Translations under genes and position numbers: made by a program | Notes under the pieces: generated by a model | Seen by the model: the letters and a program-made list of their open reading frames with translations, nothing else | The model's database searches: none | What the model was told of the DNA's origin: nothing | Assembly (NCBI GenBank): GCA_964016885.1 | Contig: OZ024741.1 | Location: forward strand, 42,222,001-42,286,000 | DNA length: 64,000 nt | DNA from: Eledone cirrhosa | Lineage: Eukaryota | Direction: 5' to 3' | Shown: in pieces, positions 13,693-27,105 of the stretch | How positions within the stretch are numbered: the first letter of the stretch is position 1 | Layout of the letters: the number at the start of each line of letters is the position of its first letter

Positions 13693-13801
13693 TAATATGT
13701 GGTGACAGTCGAGTTTGCAATTTTCAACTGTGCATTTGGCAGTATCGGTAGAGGGTTGGAGGACAGTTGAAAATTGCAAACTTGACTGTCACCACATATT
13801 A

Positions 13802-13840
13802 TGAACCTGAAGATTGCGAAAGCATGAAAGTACTTGTTCA
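13802..13840 (+). ncRNA. Type I minimal hammerhead ribozyme
   Basis: tgaac CTGAAGA ttgcgaaagcat GAAA gtac tt gttca: stem I tgaac/gttca, GAAA-capped stem II, palindromic stem III agtact, CUU site. Confidence 0.7.
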
Positions 13841-14009
13841 ATTAACACTTAGAATTTAATATTCTATCATACTATTTCATTATAATACCATTATATATAT
13901 TTTAAAGGATTGTAAATAAAACGAGTAAATCAGACAAAGTGGGAATTCCTCTTATTAATATAATCTTCTATACAGAATCATACACACCCGTGTATATTTA
14001 TCTCTATAT

Positions 14010-14069
14010 ATATAAGTTTATCCCGGGATCAATCGATGGAAACCACAGTAAGTAAGGTACTCAATACAT

Positions 14070-14102
<33 letters not shown>

Positions 14103-14190
14103 TTATATATATATATATATATATATAATGTATTGAGTACCTTACTTACTGTGGTTTCCCCCGATTGATCCCGGGATAAACTTATATATA
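14010..14190. repeat. Inverted repeat pair around a (TA)n spacer
   Basis: ataagtttatcccgggatcaatcg..gtaaggtactcaatacat and its reverse complement. Confidence 0.8.
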
Positions 14191-14199
14191 TATATATAC

Positions 14200-16636
14200 C
14201 AATTGGTCTTTAAACAGTTTGAAGCTAGGGACTGCCACCTTAATCGCTGATAAAGAAGCAGTAGAGCCCCTTCTCGATATTATGGATGAGTTTTTCTTGT
14301 CCCAACTTGTCCTTGCACCAGCAAGATATCAGAAAAACGTTTTGGACCTAGTGTTTAGTAACCACACTAACACTATACATAATATTACAGTGAAAAGAAA
14401 CCCTTCTTTCAGGCCATTACATGGTCCTTAGTAACCTGAGATTCCACCAGCCGAAAGCTAAACCCAATGACCTCTCTCCAGCCTACCCATTTGATAACAT
14501 GGATCTTTATAATGCCAACTGGGATGGAATCACTAACGATCTATCACATGTTGACTTGTCTTTCACACACGCACACACCTTCACCATTATCAGAAGATCT
14601 TGGCAAATATTTGTAGACACTGTCACAAACATATGTGCAAAACACACTCCACCAAGATCCATCAACAAAACTAAGTGCAGTATCCCCCAAAACAGAAAAA
14701 CTATTATCAGAAAAATAAAAGAACAAACAAAAAATATCTACAAACTAAAAACTGTCAACAGCAACACACACATTCGACTGCTATTGCACTAATCGAATCG
14801 AAGGAACATAATAAAAAAAAAAAAATGCATGAAGACCATCATCAATAACCAAAGAACAGCTGAGAAAGAATGCGCCATTAAGAAAATCAAACTCAATGCA
14901 ATGTTTTCTTTGCATTTGCGAAAAACACAAGGTCACTGTCTCCACAGTTGGCACTCAGATTGATGAAAGTGGCATTCTCCAAGACATTGCTAAAACCATG
15001 GGTGAGATACTGCAGAACAATACTACTCTGTTTTCTGCAATCCTGATCTGGGCTGTATCAGTGATGTTAATCCCCAACACATTATATCTGACCGTTTGGT
15101 GTCCTGATGTCTTCGGGGCAATAAACGAAACCAAATATATTTCAGCAATAGGCTCCGATAGGGTCGCTGCTAGTATCCTGAAGGTGTTTCGAGACCAACT
15201 TGCATCTCCTCCAGCTAATCTGTAGAGGAATTCACTGAATGCTGAATATATACCAGAAAACTTACTATCTCAGTCTGTCGTCCTAGTTTTCTGCAAGTCC
15301 CCTGCAGCGAATTATTTCCCGATTTCACCCACCTCTCATATCATTAAGGTATTTGTGAGGGTGGTGAGATCAGGGATAACTCACGTTCTTGAAATTAACC
15401 ATCTGCTGAACTCCAACCAACATGGGGTCCATAATGGCAGGGGCAGCCTAACGCAGCTCTTGCATCAATTTGATGATATTTTAAGAACTTTGGGAGAGGG
15501 CTCCAACACTGATGTTATATACCTTGATTTTAGCAAGGCTTTTGACAGGATTGATCACAGCATCCTATTGAAGAAACTATCAAACATTGGTGTCTCTGGA
15601 AAGTTACTATAATGCATTAAGTACTTCCTGACAAAGAGTCAAACATGTTGTGGTTGACAGAATACAATGAAGCTCAACCAAAATCAGTAGTGGCGTCCCA
15701 CAAGGCAGTGTGTTGGACCCACACCACTTCATTATTTATATCAATGACGTTAGTGCAGCATCAGAATATTTGTAGATAATTCAATGTTCCAGAAAGTCAT
15801 CAATTTAGTGGGAAACCGGACATGACTTCAATCGTATCTACTTGCTTTTATCAAATGGGCAAAAAAACAAACAAACACAATATGCTACTGAACGAGGATA
15901 AATTTGAATGAATCCACTTTGGAACAGATGATGCACTGAAGCTGTCATATTCCCTTCCCCCAGGTGAAACCCTCGAGGCGTCCAACAACATCAGAGACCT
16001 GGGAGTAATTGATGATAACAACCTAAGTTGGGTTACTCATATAAACACCAGAGTTGACTTGGCCTGCAGGATGTGTCCCTGGATTCTCAGACATTTCTAG
16101 TTAAGAGATATCCGAACTGTAATCCTTTTCTTCAATCGCACCTTGTATATCATTGGCCACGAAACAAAGTATTATGAAATTTGAAGCATCTCAAAGGTCA
16201 ATCAGAAAAAAGATAGGCCTTGACTATACAAGCTCAAACTCTATTCTCTCCACGCTGCTGTGAACGCTAAATTATGTGCATGATGTGGAAAATATTCCAT
16301 CAGCATTGCTCTAATGATGTAGGCATTATACTTAAAATACATCAAAGGCTTGTGCTCTGTGCTATCCATCCACAACAAAATTGAAGGTCACATCTCGTAA
16401 CAAAATTAAGGAACAATTATTTCACCTCAACTAGCCCCGCTCTCTTTAACATCACACCAAAACACATAAAAATAGGAACAGATCTCATAAAATTCAAAAT
16501 GTCTTTGGACCAATTCCTCCAAGAAATAAACCTCCTATTCCCGGATATGTCTCCGAACAATAACTCTCAAATAGAGTGAGCCATGGTGTCCAACTCATGA
16601 TTTGAAAGACTACGCCAGGTGGTGCTATTAAGTTAT
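14200..16636 (+). mobile_element. CR1-group LINE, degraded ORF2 (APE end plus RT)
   Basis: NVLDLVFSN (APE C-terminus), LNSNQHG, DVIYLDFSKAFDRIDHSILLKKL, SGVPQGSVLDP; many frameshifts. Confidence 0.85.
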
Positions 16637-16915
16637 ATACACAGAAATCTAAAGTTTTCAGCCGTCGATATGGAGTTCTGGCAGTTTAGACCCCTATCAA
16701 CAACTAAGATTCAGCCTTTTTTGCTGCCACCGCCATCGCTCTCCTCCTCCTTCTCCTCCTCCCCCTCCTTCTCCTCCTCCTCTCTTATCTCTCTCTCTCG
16801 TTCTCTTTCTGCTCGTCACTCTCTTTCTCTTTTACTATTGTACATACTCTCTTCAAATCCTCTTTCAACACAAATTTCTTTACCCCGCGTATAGTCGATT
16901 GTTAGCACGTTTATA

Positions 16916-17139
16916 TAATGGTTTCTGATTTAGGCACAAGGCCAGCAATTATTGGTGAAGAGAAAGTCGATTAAATCGACCCCAGTGCATGACTGGTACT
17001 TTATTTTATCGACCCCATAAGGATGAAAGTCAACGCTAACCTCAGCTAGATTTGACCTGAGAACGTAAAAGGCCGTAACTCTATGCCGCGAAGCAGGATG
17101 TCCGACGCTCAACAGATCTAGGAAGCGATGGCACGACCC
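16916..17139 (-). mobile_element. SINE family A
   Basis: Reverse complement of family A. Confidence 0.8.
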
Positions 17140-17922
17140 TGTGATCATGAGTCTAACATTTCTATCGATTAGCTTATGTGCATTCACCAATTATGTATAG
17201 AATTGTTGAAGGACAAAACGTACCACTCGGTCAGGGAATCGAACCTGCAACTTAATGATTCTTAATGATGATTATGTGTCCGCTTTGATAACCTCTAGTC
17301 TAGGCGCCTCCACGATTTGCGAACAGTTCCACAGTGAGTTTATTTTATATATTCTTAAAAGTGATCAACGGTTCATAAACACTATCATTTGACGAAAGAT
17401 GCATCTAACTATTATGATATTGAAATAAGGGGAGCTCAAATGATTATTGTTTTGAAAGCTAGCACACTTGATCATTTCTACAAAAGGTTTTAAAATAGGT
17501 AATTTTCTAGCGGCTTTGCGACTGTTGTTTCTTGCTTCTATAGTTTTCAACGGTTCAATGATAGAAGGTTAGCCTACAGTTCACATCATAAGCGAAGCGT
17601 TCAACATCGGTGCAAAATTTTAATTTTTAACAGATGTTTGAGAAGGAATGCTTGGAGGTTGTGATAGAGTAATGTGAAAATATCAAACCAGCATTAAGCC
17701 CCATTTTGTGTTTTGTTTCTTCTCACATACACGCATACACACATATGCTTACAGGCACCCGAACACATGCACACGCTCACGCAAACGCACAGACACGCAC
17801 ACGCACACACATACATCCATGCACACACACAAACACACTGACACGTATATATGTATAAATGGAGAACTTTTCATTGTCAAAATGTGCGTTGTAGCCTCAT
17901 TCAATAAGCTAACATACTTTCA

Positions 17923-18097
<175 letters not shown>

Positions 18098-18259
18098 ATA
18101 ATATATACAAAGACCAAAATCCAGAGAGGACTCGATGGGGGTTGTATATATATATATAGGTATATATAAACCTGTAGAGCAAATATATATTATTAGCACA
18201 AATTAAAAGTTTAAGCAAACATTTTCTGCTTTCATCCTAAAGCAGGAGTTTCAGAAGAT

Positions 18260-18664
18260 CACAAGGAAAAAAGATCGTGCCTGATTGTGGATGTAGCCTG
18301 CCCATTCGACACGAGAGTGCAAGAGAAGGAGAGGGAGAAAATTAACCGATACCAGAACTTAAAGTGGGAGGTAAAAAGGATTTGGAACTGCCATGAAGTC
18401 AAAGTGGTCCCGATTGTCATAGGCGCACTAGGTACTATCTCAAAAAGTTTCCAGGGATGGTTAAAGAAAATTGGCCCCGCCACGCTTTTTGGAACGCTTC
18501 AAAAGGCATGCTTGCTGGGAACAGCAAGAACCCTCATATAGGTCCTCAATATCTGAGGCTGCAGGTAGCGGCTTGATATTCATTTCAACAAACTTTCCAG
18601 TTAACTAACATCACTGACTGAGACTCAAAGAACAATAATAATAATAGTAATAAGGATAATAATA
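18260..18664 (+). mobile_element. Dong/R4 3' end (RLE plus 3' UTR plus (TAA)n tail)
   Basis: DVACPFD..EKINRYQNL..VVPIVIGALG..LQKACLLGTART, followed by aataataataat. Confidence 0.8.
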
Positions 18665-18816
18665 AAAAAAAAAAATTGTTATTTTGACTGGTACTGCACA
18701 CGTATTGAGAAGAGCACTATTTCTGTAAGATTGATATCCCTCCTTGTATTTACATATGCATATGAACATGAGTATATATGTATACTTTTTTTAAAAATTA
18801 AAATTAATGTGTTGTA

Positions 18817-21800
18817 GCCGAGATGACATCGTCATAAAACCGGCGGACAAGGGAGGCGCCGTAGTGGTATGGCACGCGGACCTCTACACGGCCGAAGCCC
18901 TCAGGCAGCTCCGTAACCCCCTCTTTTACCGCCCTCTACCCCCCGATCCCAACCCCCTCTACCAACAACAAGTCTCCTCCACCATCAAAGACCTTATCGC
19001 CTCCTCCCTCCCCCCCACCGCTTCCCATCTCATCGTCCGCATCCCCCCCCCGCACCCCCGACATCTACTTCCTCCCCAAACTCCCCAAACCCGACAACCC
19101 CGGCCGCCCCATCGTCTCCGCTTGCAACTGCCCCACCGAACTCATCTCCGCCTTTCTCGACTCCCTCCTCGCCCCTCTTGTCACCACCCTCCCCTCCCAC
19201 ATCTCCGACACCAACCACGCCCTGCGCCTTTTCGACTCCTTCACCTACCTACCCGGCCCACAGCCCTTCCTCTTCACCCTAGACATCAAGTCCCTCTATA
19301 GAGTCATCCCCCACGCCGACGGCCTTCGCGCCCTCAAACACTACGTCGCCCTCGCCCCTCCCCCATTCCCTCCACCCCCACCCTCCTTCGCCTCGCCGAG
19401 CTGGTCCTCACCCTAAATTGTTTCTCCTTCTCGGGTGAGTTTTACCAACAGGTCACGGGGGTAGCCATGGGCACAAGAATGGGCCCGAACTATGCCAACC
19501 TTTTTGTTGGCCATGTTGAGGCCCAAATCTTTGCCCAGTACACCGGCCCCACGCCCGAACTGTATGGTCGTTACATTGACGACTGTATCGGAGCCACGAC
19601 CCTCACCCGAGAACAGCTCGACTCCTTTCTCTCCTTCTTCTGCTCCTTCCACCACTCCCTCCACTTCACCACCTCTATCTCCACCACCCACGTCCACTTC
19701 TTAGACATCTCCGTCGCCTTCGACCCCTCCCACCACTCCCTCGTCACCTCCGCCTTCTTCAAACCCACCGACTCCCACTCTTACCTCGACTTCACCTCTT
19801 CCCACCCCACCCACACTAAACACTCCATTCCCTACTCCCAACTTCTCAGGATCCGCCGCCTCAGTAGCCGTGATGCTGACTTCGAGTCCCAGGCCCTTTC
19901 CCTAGTCAGCCATTTCATCTGCAGAGGTTACCCCCCTCTCTCGTCTACACCGCTCTCACCCGCGCCCGTGCTATCCCCCGCTCCACCACCCTCACCCCAC
20001 GCCACCGAACACCCACCCATCGTCTCCCCTTCCCCATAACATACCACCCCTCCACCTTACCCCTCCACCGCACCATCCGCCGCCTCTTCCGACGCCTCCA
20101 GTCCGACCCCTCCACCTCCCACATCTTCCCAACCCCATCACTCCCCTCTTTCAAACGCGCACGCAATCTCCGCACCCTCCTCGTCCACAGCTCCCTACCC
20201 CCCAACCCACGCTCTGTCCCCCCCCCGATTCCTTTCCCTGTTCTAGGCCCCGCTGCAACACCTGTCCCCACATCACCAACACCACCACCTTCCAGGGTCC
20301 CAACGGCCACTCTCTCTCGGTCCGGCATGCCTTCCGCTGCACCTCCTCCAACCTAGTCTACGGACTTATGTCGGACAGACGGGACGTCGCCTGGCGGACC
20401 GAGTCACGGAGCACCTCCGGGATATTCGTCTCGGGGGCAGTTCCCCCATCGCCCGCCACTTTGGTGGCCCTGGACACTCCGCACGCCATCTCAGTCTGTG
20501 GCCTACTCCAGTGCCACGGAACACCCGCCCATCGCCTTACGGTCGAACAACGAACTATCTTCATCTTACAGACCCACACTCCCTCCGGCCTGAACTCCCC
20601 ACCCTTATTCCTTTAGCGTTCGACCGCCCCCCTCCCCCCACACTCATCCCCCACTAACACCACTAACACACCCCTCCTTTTCACCGCCCACCCCACACTA
20701 ACAATACTAACACCTCCACTCCACCCCTCATCTGACCACCCTTCCCCAACTAACACACTAACATCCCTTCCCTCCCCTCTTCTCCTCCTCCCCCTCCTTA
20801 TCACACACACACACGCACCCACTTACACCACCCACCCCACACGCAAATAACATCACTAAGACCCCCCAACCCCACGCACACGTACCCACACACCCTCGTA
20901 CACCACCAACTCTACACACCCTACCACCACTAACCCCCACTCACACCTGCATTCAACCCCTCCCCACCTCCCGTATACTAACACCCACTAACACCTCTTC
21001 ACCAAACTACACACACACCAGTACACCACACTCCCTCCATAGAACCACACACACCCTTCTCTCCCCGCTCCACCCCCGCCGCTCCACACTCACTCATCCC
21101 ACTAACACCCCTACTAATACACACACACACACACACCCTCCTCACTCCAACTTTCACACCTACCCATCCTCGCCCCCCTTACCATTCCACCGACTGCTGC
21201 TATGCCCTTCTGACCACCTACCAGCACCAACAGACCACAGCACTCCCACTGCTGACCACTTCCTGTTGCGCGCGCACCCCACATCTCTCCTCTTCCGACC
21301 ACCGCTTCATGGATTACCCACACGCAGAAATTGACTTATAACCAATCCTCCAAAATCCTTGGAACTTACCAACTTTTCAACCATCCTCTTACGTAATCAC
21401 CTATATAACTCACCCACACACACACCCCAAAAACAATTTTTTTCTCCACACGCCACCCACACCCACAACACGCTTAAACCCCACACACACGTGCTTCCCA
21501 CCACATATTTACACCCTCAGCCTCCTGATTCCTCTCCCCCCACCCCCTATCCACACACGCACAGACACTCCGACCCACAAAAACACCCCCCACAAACACC
21601 TCTTCCTGAACATGCAACCCCGTTCTTCCCCCAACCCTTACTTTCACATACACACACACGCACACACACGCACACCTACACACACACACCACCTTCAGCC
21701 CTCCGCGCTCGGACATCCCGTCTCTCTCTCCCCACTCCACCCGCCACCATCCCTACTCACCCCACACCCTTCTACCACCTGTTTACCCCCCTTTTAATTT

Positions 21801-22073
21801 CAGTTTATTTTGATCATGCCTTTATTTTTAAATTTTCTCATTCCTTGTATTTTGATCATGCTTTATTTTTATATTTTTTATCTTTTTTCGCCATATGTGT
21901 CTCCACCACTCCCTTACACACCTTTTGAATTCTGTTCCCACACACTTCTCACCTGAGGAAGGGCTTATGCCCGAAACGTCGTCCCCCACCTACCCCCCAC
22001 TCTCCTGAGCGTGAAATTAATAAACATTTATTGTACTGCCTCTCCGTTTTGTCCCTGTTCAAAAAATTTTTTC

Positions 22074-22075
<2 letters not shown>
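18817..22075 (+). mobile_element. Penelope-like element (Neptune-type), 5'-truncated: RT plus GIY-YIG, frameshifted, with terminal HHR
   Basis: IVIKPADKGGAVVV, PGRPIVS, GVAMGTRMGPNYANLF, GRYIDD, FLD, KPTDSHSYL..SSHP; RCNTC linker; CTSSNLVY..YVGQTGRRLADRVTEH. Confidence 0.9.
21953..21983 (+). ncRNA. Minimal hammerhead ribozyme of the Neptune-type pLTR
   Basis: CTGAGGA a gggc ttat gccc GAAAC gtc; followed by aataaa. Confidence 0.75.
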
Positions 22076-22110
<35 letters not shown>

Positions 22111-22112
<2 letters not shown>

Positions 22113-22877
22113 TTTGAGATGAGTTTGAGTTATTTTTCCTAAATCTTTCGTTAACTACTTTTCCCATCTTGACGTTATAGTCGCATATATGTTATAGAAT
22201 GCCGTTAGCTTCTTGCTAAAACAATCTCTATACCTCTCATTTATATTTATACTCGGATTCTTTTCCTAGAGTGCTTAAACTATCTGTGACTAATCCCGGT
22301 GTTTTTCATAAAAACTGTGATAATTATTGCTATTTTGCTGAACTCCTTTGTAGAGTTTTTTTTCAGAATGTATTTGACTGCTATTTCTTGTAAATAAACA
22401 TTCACTTCCATCCTGACGTCACTAGCCCCGTTTTTTCCTCATGTGCTTTTTCATAAATACACATGAAGGCGAACTAACCAGTTTTAGAATTCCCTTTTTC
22501 GGATTATATTACTGTGAGAGCCCTGGTTTTCTGTTGAGCTCTGCTGATGATTGAAATTCCAACCGTGACCATCTCCACTGAAAGTTTTCATGAAATAGTC
22601 TTTTAAGACTATACAGAGCATTTGATGTTATTCCAAATTGAAGGATAAGTGTTTCAAACTTTATTTTATCATGAGTTAAAGGTCTATAGATTTTTTCCCT
22701 GGATTTTACTAAATTCTGTGGATGAATTTATATCCTGATTCTCTTTTGAGATGAGTTTGAGTTATTTTTCCTAAATCTTTCGTTAACTACTTTTCCCATC
22801 TTGACGTTATAGTCGCATATATGTTATAGAATGCCGTTAGCTTCTTGCTAAAACAATCTCTATACCTCTCATTTATA
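22111..22877 (+). mobile_element. Non-coding element with about 135-bp direct terminal repeats, in (TA)n
   Basis: 22111-22245 is repeated at 22743-22877 (632-bp offset); both ends meet (TA)n. Confidence 0.7.
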
Positions 22878-22940
22878 TATATATATATATATATATGTAC
22901 ATATATAAACATATATATATATCCACATATATATATATAA

Positions 22941-22971
<31 letters not shown>

Positions 22972-23132
22972 AATATATATATAAATATATATATATATAT
23001 AAATATATATATAAATATATATATATATATAAAAAAAATATATAAAAATATATATAAAAAAAAATTCATGGGGAGATGCACAGTGTGTTTATAGATATGT
23101 AAAATCCCGCCGCAGTCGTGATTTTACACCTC

Positions 23133-23310
<178 letters not shown>

Positions 23311-23342
23311 TAGAACACTGGAATGTAATCACCGTAACTGTT

Positions 23343-23468
23343 AGTTCACCATACTGAGAACAACTGTTTCACCTTATGCGGGTCTTCAGCTGAAGATCCG
23401 ACTGAAGATCCGAGCCGAAGATTCGCATAATGCGAAACAATTGCTCTCAGTTCTCAGTATGGTGAACT
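23343..23468. repeat. Short fold-back with inverted HHR-like cores
   Basis: agttcaccatactgagaa / ttctcagtatggtgaact; minus strand CTGAAGA cccgcataaggt GAAAC agtt gtt ctc; plus-strand copy degenerate; same family as 38249. Confidence 0.65.
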
Positions 23469-23479
23469 GTTGTGTCAAT

Positions 23480-23551
<72 letters not shown>

Positions 23552-24299
23552 ATATATATATAAAGTCCGATTCAATTATTTTCTGTACGTGAGATTTTGT
23601 CAGAATATAATTCCGAAACATTTAAATGCGTTTTATATTTGTTCACTGTAATTTCCTCTTGTTCATTCTTTTTTTGTTCCGTAATGATAAGTGAAAAAAA
23701 TGTGAACCTGGGAAAAAATTTCTCCGGTACATTTTTCTCTATACCTTCAACAGAATCTTTCTTGTAGTTATATCTCGAATTTGTTTATTGATTCACTCTT
23801 TCTGATGAAAGTCTGAATATATCTAAGTCATCCCAAATAAAGGTGGGTACATATTTTAATAGAATATCAAAAAAAACTTCTTAATATATGTCTTTTGGGA
23901 CAATAGGTCTCAGTTTTAAGTCTAGAGGAATCGAAAGAAAAATCCCTCTATCTCTACGGTTAGTTGTAGTTCCTGTGGCGATCATCGACATGTATTCTTT
24001 TAGCAAAGAGAACAGAGCAGCTTCACAGATGACCATCTCACTTGATAATAGGAAGGTGCATTTCTTCAGTTAACGGAGAAACGTAAAATATGCAGGTGTG
24101 GCGAACCGCATATGTATTTAACTATTAGAAAAGGCATGATGAAGTTCAACTCTAGCACCAAGCTTAAAGCTCTTGTCAATCAGCCATTTATGCGGTCAAG
24201 TAATGCTGTTTTGGTGGCAATGACGAGCCTAATCTGAATTCTTCGGAACGACTGAACTCCGATCATGAACGATCCAAGATAGGTCTCTCTAGAGCAAGC

Positions 24300-26175
24300 C
24301 AGTCTTATAAAGTGGCTACATTCAACCGTAGAACTCTAAGCACTGCATCATCATAATCTGAGCGCAATAATCTCATGAATGAATGCAACATCTCTGTAGC
24401 ATGTGTTCAAGAACATCGTTTTGTACATTCTCACTCTGATCCCGAAATAGTTGTACTCAATCTTCGATCTACAATTCTCTTCACTGTATGTACTGTTCTA
24501 AATGACTAAGGCATCCATTCGAGTTGTGGGCATTTCTCCCGACTCGAAGTTGCTACCTCTACTTTTAGTCAAGAAGTTTGGTCAACGCATTGTTTCTGTC
24601 GTATTTACCTGAAATCCCAAGACAGTCGTACTTGCTTGCTACTCTTTCACAACAGTTCTGGTGATATCGTTACACAGTTGGCGGCTCAGCAGGTGATGGC
24701 CATTTAGCACGAATCCTATAGGCATTTGAGCTACTCGTGCCCTCTGATGGGTGACAAAGTAGGTCTCTGGCTGACAAAGTAGGTTATGGACAGCTTGAGG
24801 AAAAAGGGGAGGGTTATACAGTCTTCTGGTCAGGGAAAAAAGAAGATGCAATACGGTCTTTAGATGTTGGTTTTGCTATTAGAACTAAGATAACAATTAC
24901 ATCGACCACTTTACCACAGGTGGTGAGTGATTGTTTGATAGCATTGAAACCTAGGCTCGCTTAATCAGTTGCTATGTCCCAACCATGAACTTCAAAGAAT
25001 TAGCAATTGCCATCTTTTACGATAAATTATCTTTCATTGTTAGAACTATAGGTTTTCATGATAGACTTCTGATACTAGGGGGCTTCAATGCCAGAGTTGT
25101 GTCAGATTATGAGTCATGGGGAAATGTTCTTGGCTCTCATGGCATTGGAAATATGGATAGCAATGGGCTTCGCTTTCTCTCTTTTTGCAATAAAATTGGC
25201 CTCCTTCACCAATACTTCAACAACCTAACAGGTTGAAAACCACTTGTATTTGCCCAAGATCAAAAGAATGGCATTTGATTAATTACATTTTAACAAAAAT
25301 GTGTGATCATACTCACTCCTTCCATAGCACATGCTGGTTATCTGATCGCTCTCTGTTGTGTTGTGAGGTATCATTTCAACACCAGATAAAGTATACAAGA
25401 CACAATGTAAAATTTCTTCAACGAATAAATGTTCAGTCACTTGATGCTGAAAGAAATGTTAGGTTGTCTCATTTGCTCAACATGCAGCTTGAACATGTTG
25501 AAATTTCTCAAGGAAGTAACATATTCTGCCTAACTCAAAGCTCTTTGTCTGCCAAAGCATAAACACCAAGATTGGTTCAATGAAAATCATACAAAAATAG
25601 TAATTAATTAAAAAATGCACTCCTCTCATAAAGTATGGATTGCCAACAAAAAAATCTTCAGTGAAGAAGAAATATTTGAACTGTAAACAAACTGTTCAGT
25701 GGATCTTGACAAGTGATGGTCATCAAAGTAGCCGAGCTTCAAACTGCTGCTGATATAAAAGATATGAAAGCCTTCTATGAAGTTTAAAAGAGGTTTATGG
25801 TCCTTAGCTAGAGAGTCCTCATCAGTATTAACATCGAACGGATTTACTTTGTAAACAAATAAAGTTGATGTTTTTAACCGCTGGAAACACTTTTAACACT
25901 TTGAAACTGCTTTAAATTCTCCCTGTGTTGTGGATTATAATGTCATCGGCTCAATTCCTTTAAGGTCGGAAATCCCTGAATCAGACTTTGACCCAACATA
26001 TACCGAAGTCAAAACAGCTATAAAACAAATGATATCAGTTAAATAGCCTAGCGATAATGCAATACCAGCTGAGGTGTACACACACGGAAGTAATATACTT
26101 GTGCTTAACTTTTGGATTTGTTCATTTTGATTTGGAAGAATGGTCATATTCCTCAAGAATTTAAAGCTCAACTAC
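24300..26175 (+). mobile_element. Degraded RTE-clade LINE fragments (APE and start of RT)
   Basis: ATFNRRTL, CVQEHRF; EGYTVFWSG, DVGFAI, LILGGFNARV, DSNGLRFL, CPRSKEWHLINYIL; probably two RTE fragments. Confidence 0.7.
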
Positions 26176-26399
26176 AACCTACCTTTTTAAACGAAAACAG
26201 AAAAAAGAAATAGAGACTACAATATATTTTTCAAACAGGCCCCTTTATCCAAGGCCAGAACGCAACCTTGTTAACCCACACGAAGAACGATGCGGTATGG
26301 TTCTTTTTCGTTCCTCCTGCCATATTGCAGTTTTGGTGGTCTTATTCACGCCAGTCACCAATCTGATACTTTCTGGAACTCAATAATAATAATAATAAG

Positions 26400-27073
26400 A
26401 ATTTTCTCGTGCATGATATAATAGATCTTGCTGATTTTGTACATTCGCAACTTTCAGAAATTGTCATTGACACTCCGTTTAGTGAGATTTCCTGCTCATG
26501 TAAATTTGAAAATTCACTGTCAAATTTGAAAATTCACTGTCAAATTTGAAAATTCACATTTTAACATAAGATCTTTGTCAAAATATTTGATGAGTTGAAA
26601 ATACTGTTATCGTGTTTCCCTTTTAAATTTCTTGTTATTTGCCTTCAAGAAACTTGAGTAAAAGAAAAAAAAAGAAGAGATTTAGATTCAAAATATGAAT
26701 TACGTGGTTATAAATGTTTTCATGTACCTCGAGGATACAATATCAGAGGTGGGTGCCTCTATATATCGAAAGATTAGGACGGCTATGAAACGGAAGAACT
26801 ACAAATTAAGTAATAAAGACCTTGAAGTAATAAGATCCAAAAAGAAAAATATTTTACTTAGAAACATATATCGATCAGCAAAATGGAAAATGAAAGCTTT
26901 TAACCAAAATATAAAAAAATTCCTCACTGCTATTAGGCAGAACAAATATTTATTTCTGGTAACATTAATCTCAACTTATTTGTATACGAAACAGAGCTAA
27001 AGGTTAGAAACGTTTTCCAAAAACTACGTCAAAGTTATCTCATGCCTTCCATCACTAATGTCACATGTGTAAT

Positions 27074-27105
<32 letters not shown>

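Larger units (their letters stand above)
13536..14003. mobile_element. Fold-back non-autonomous element with inverted HHR pair, in (TA)n
   Basis: Near-perfect inverted arms 13536-13731 and 13763-13962, 31-nt spacer, short unique tail on the right arm. Confidence 0.8.

Noticed and set aside
21359-21928. 189-aa Pro/His/Thr-rich ORF
   Set aside because: By-product of the C/A-rich PLE 3' region, which has few stop codons
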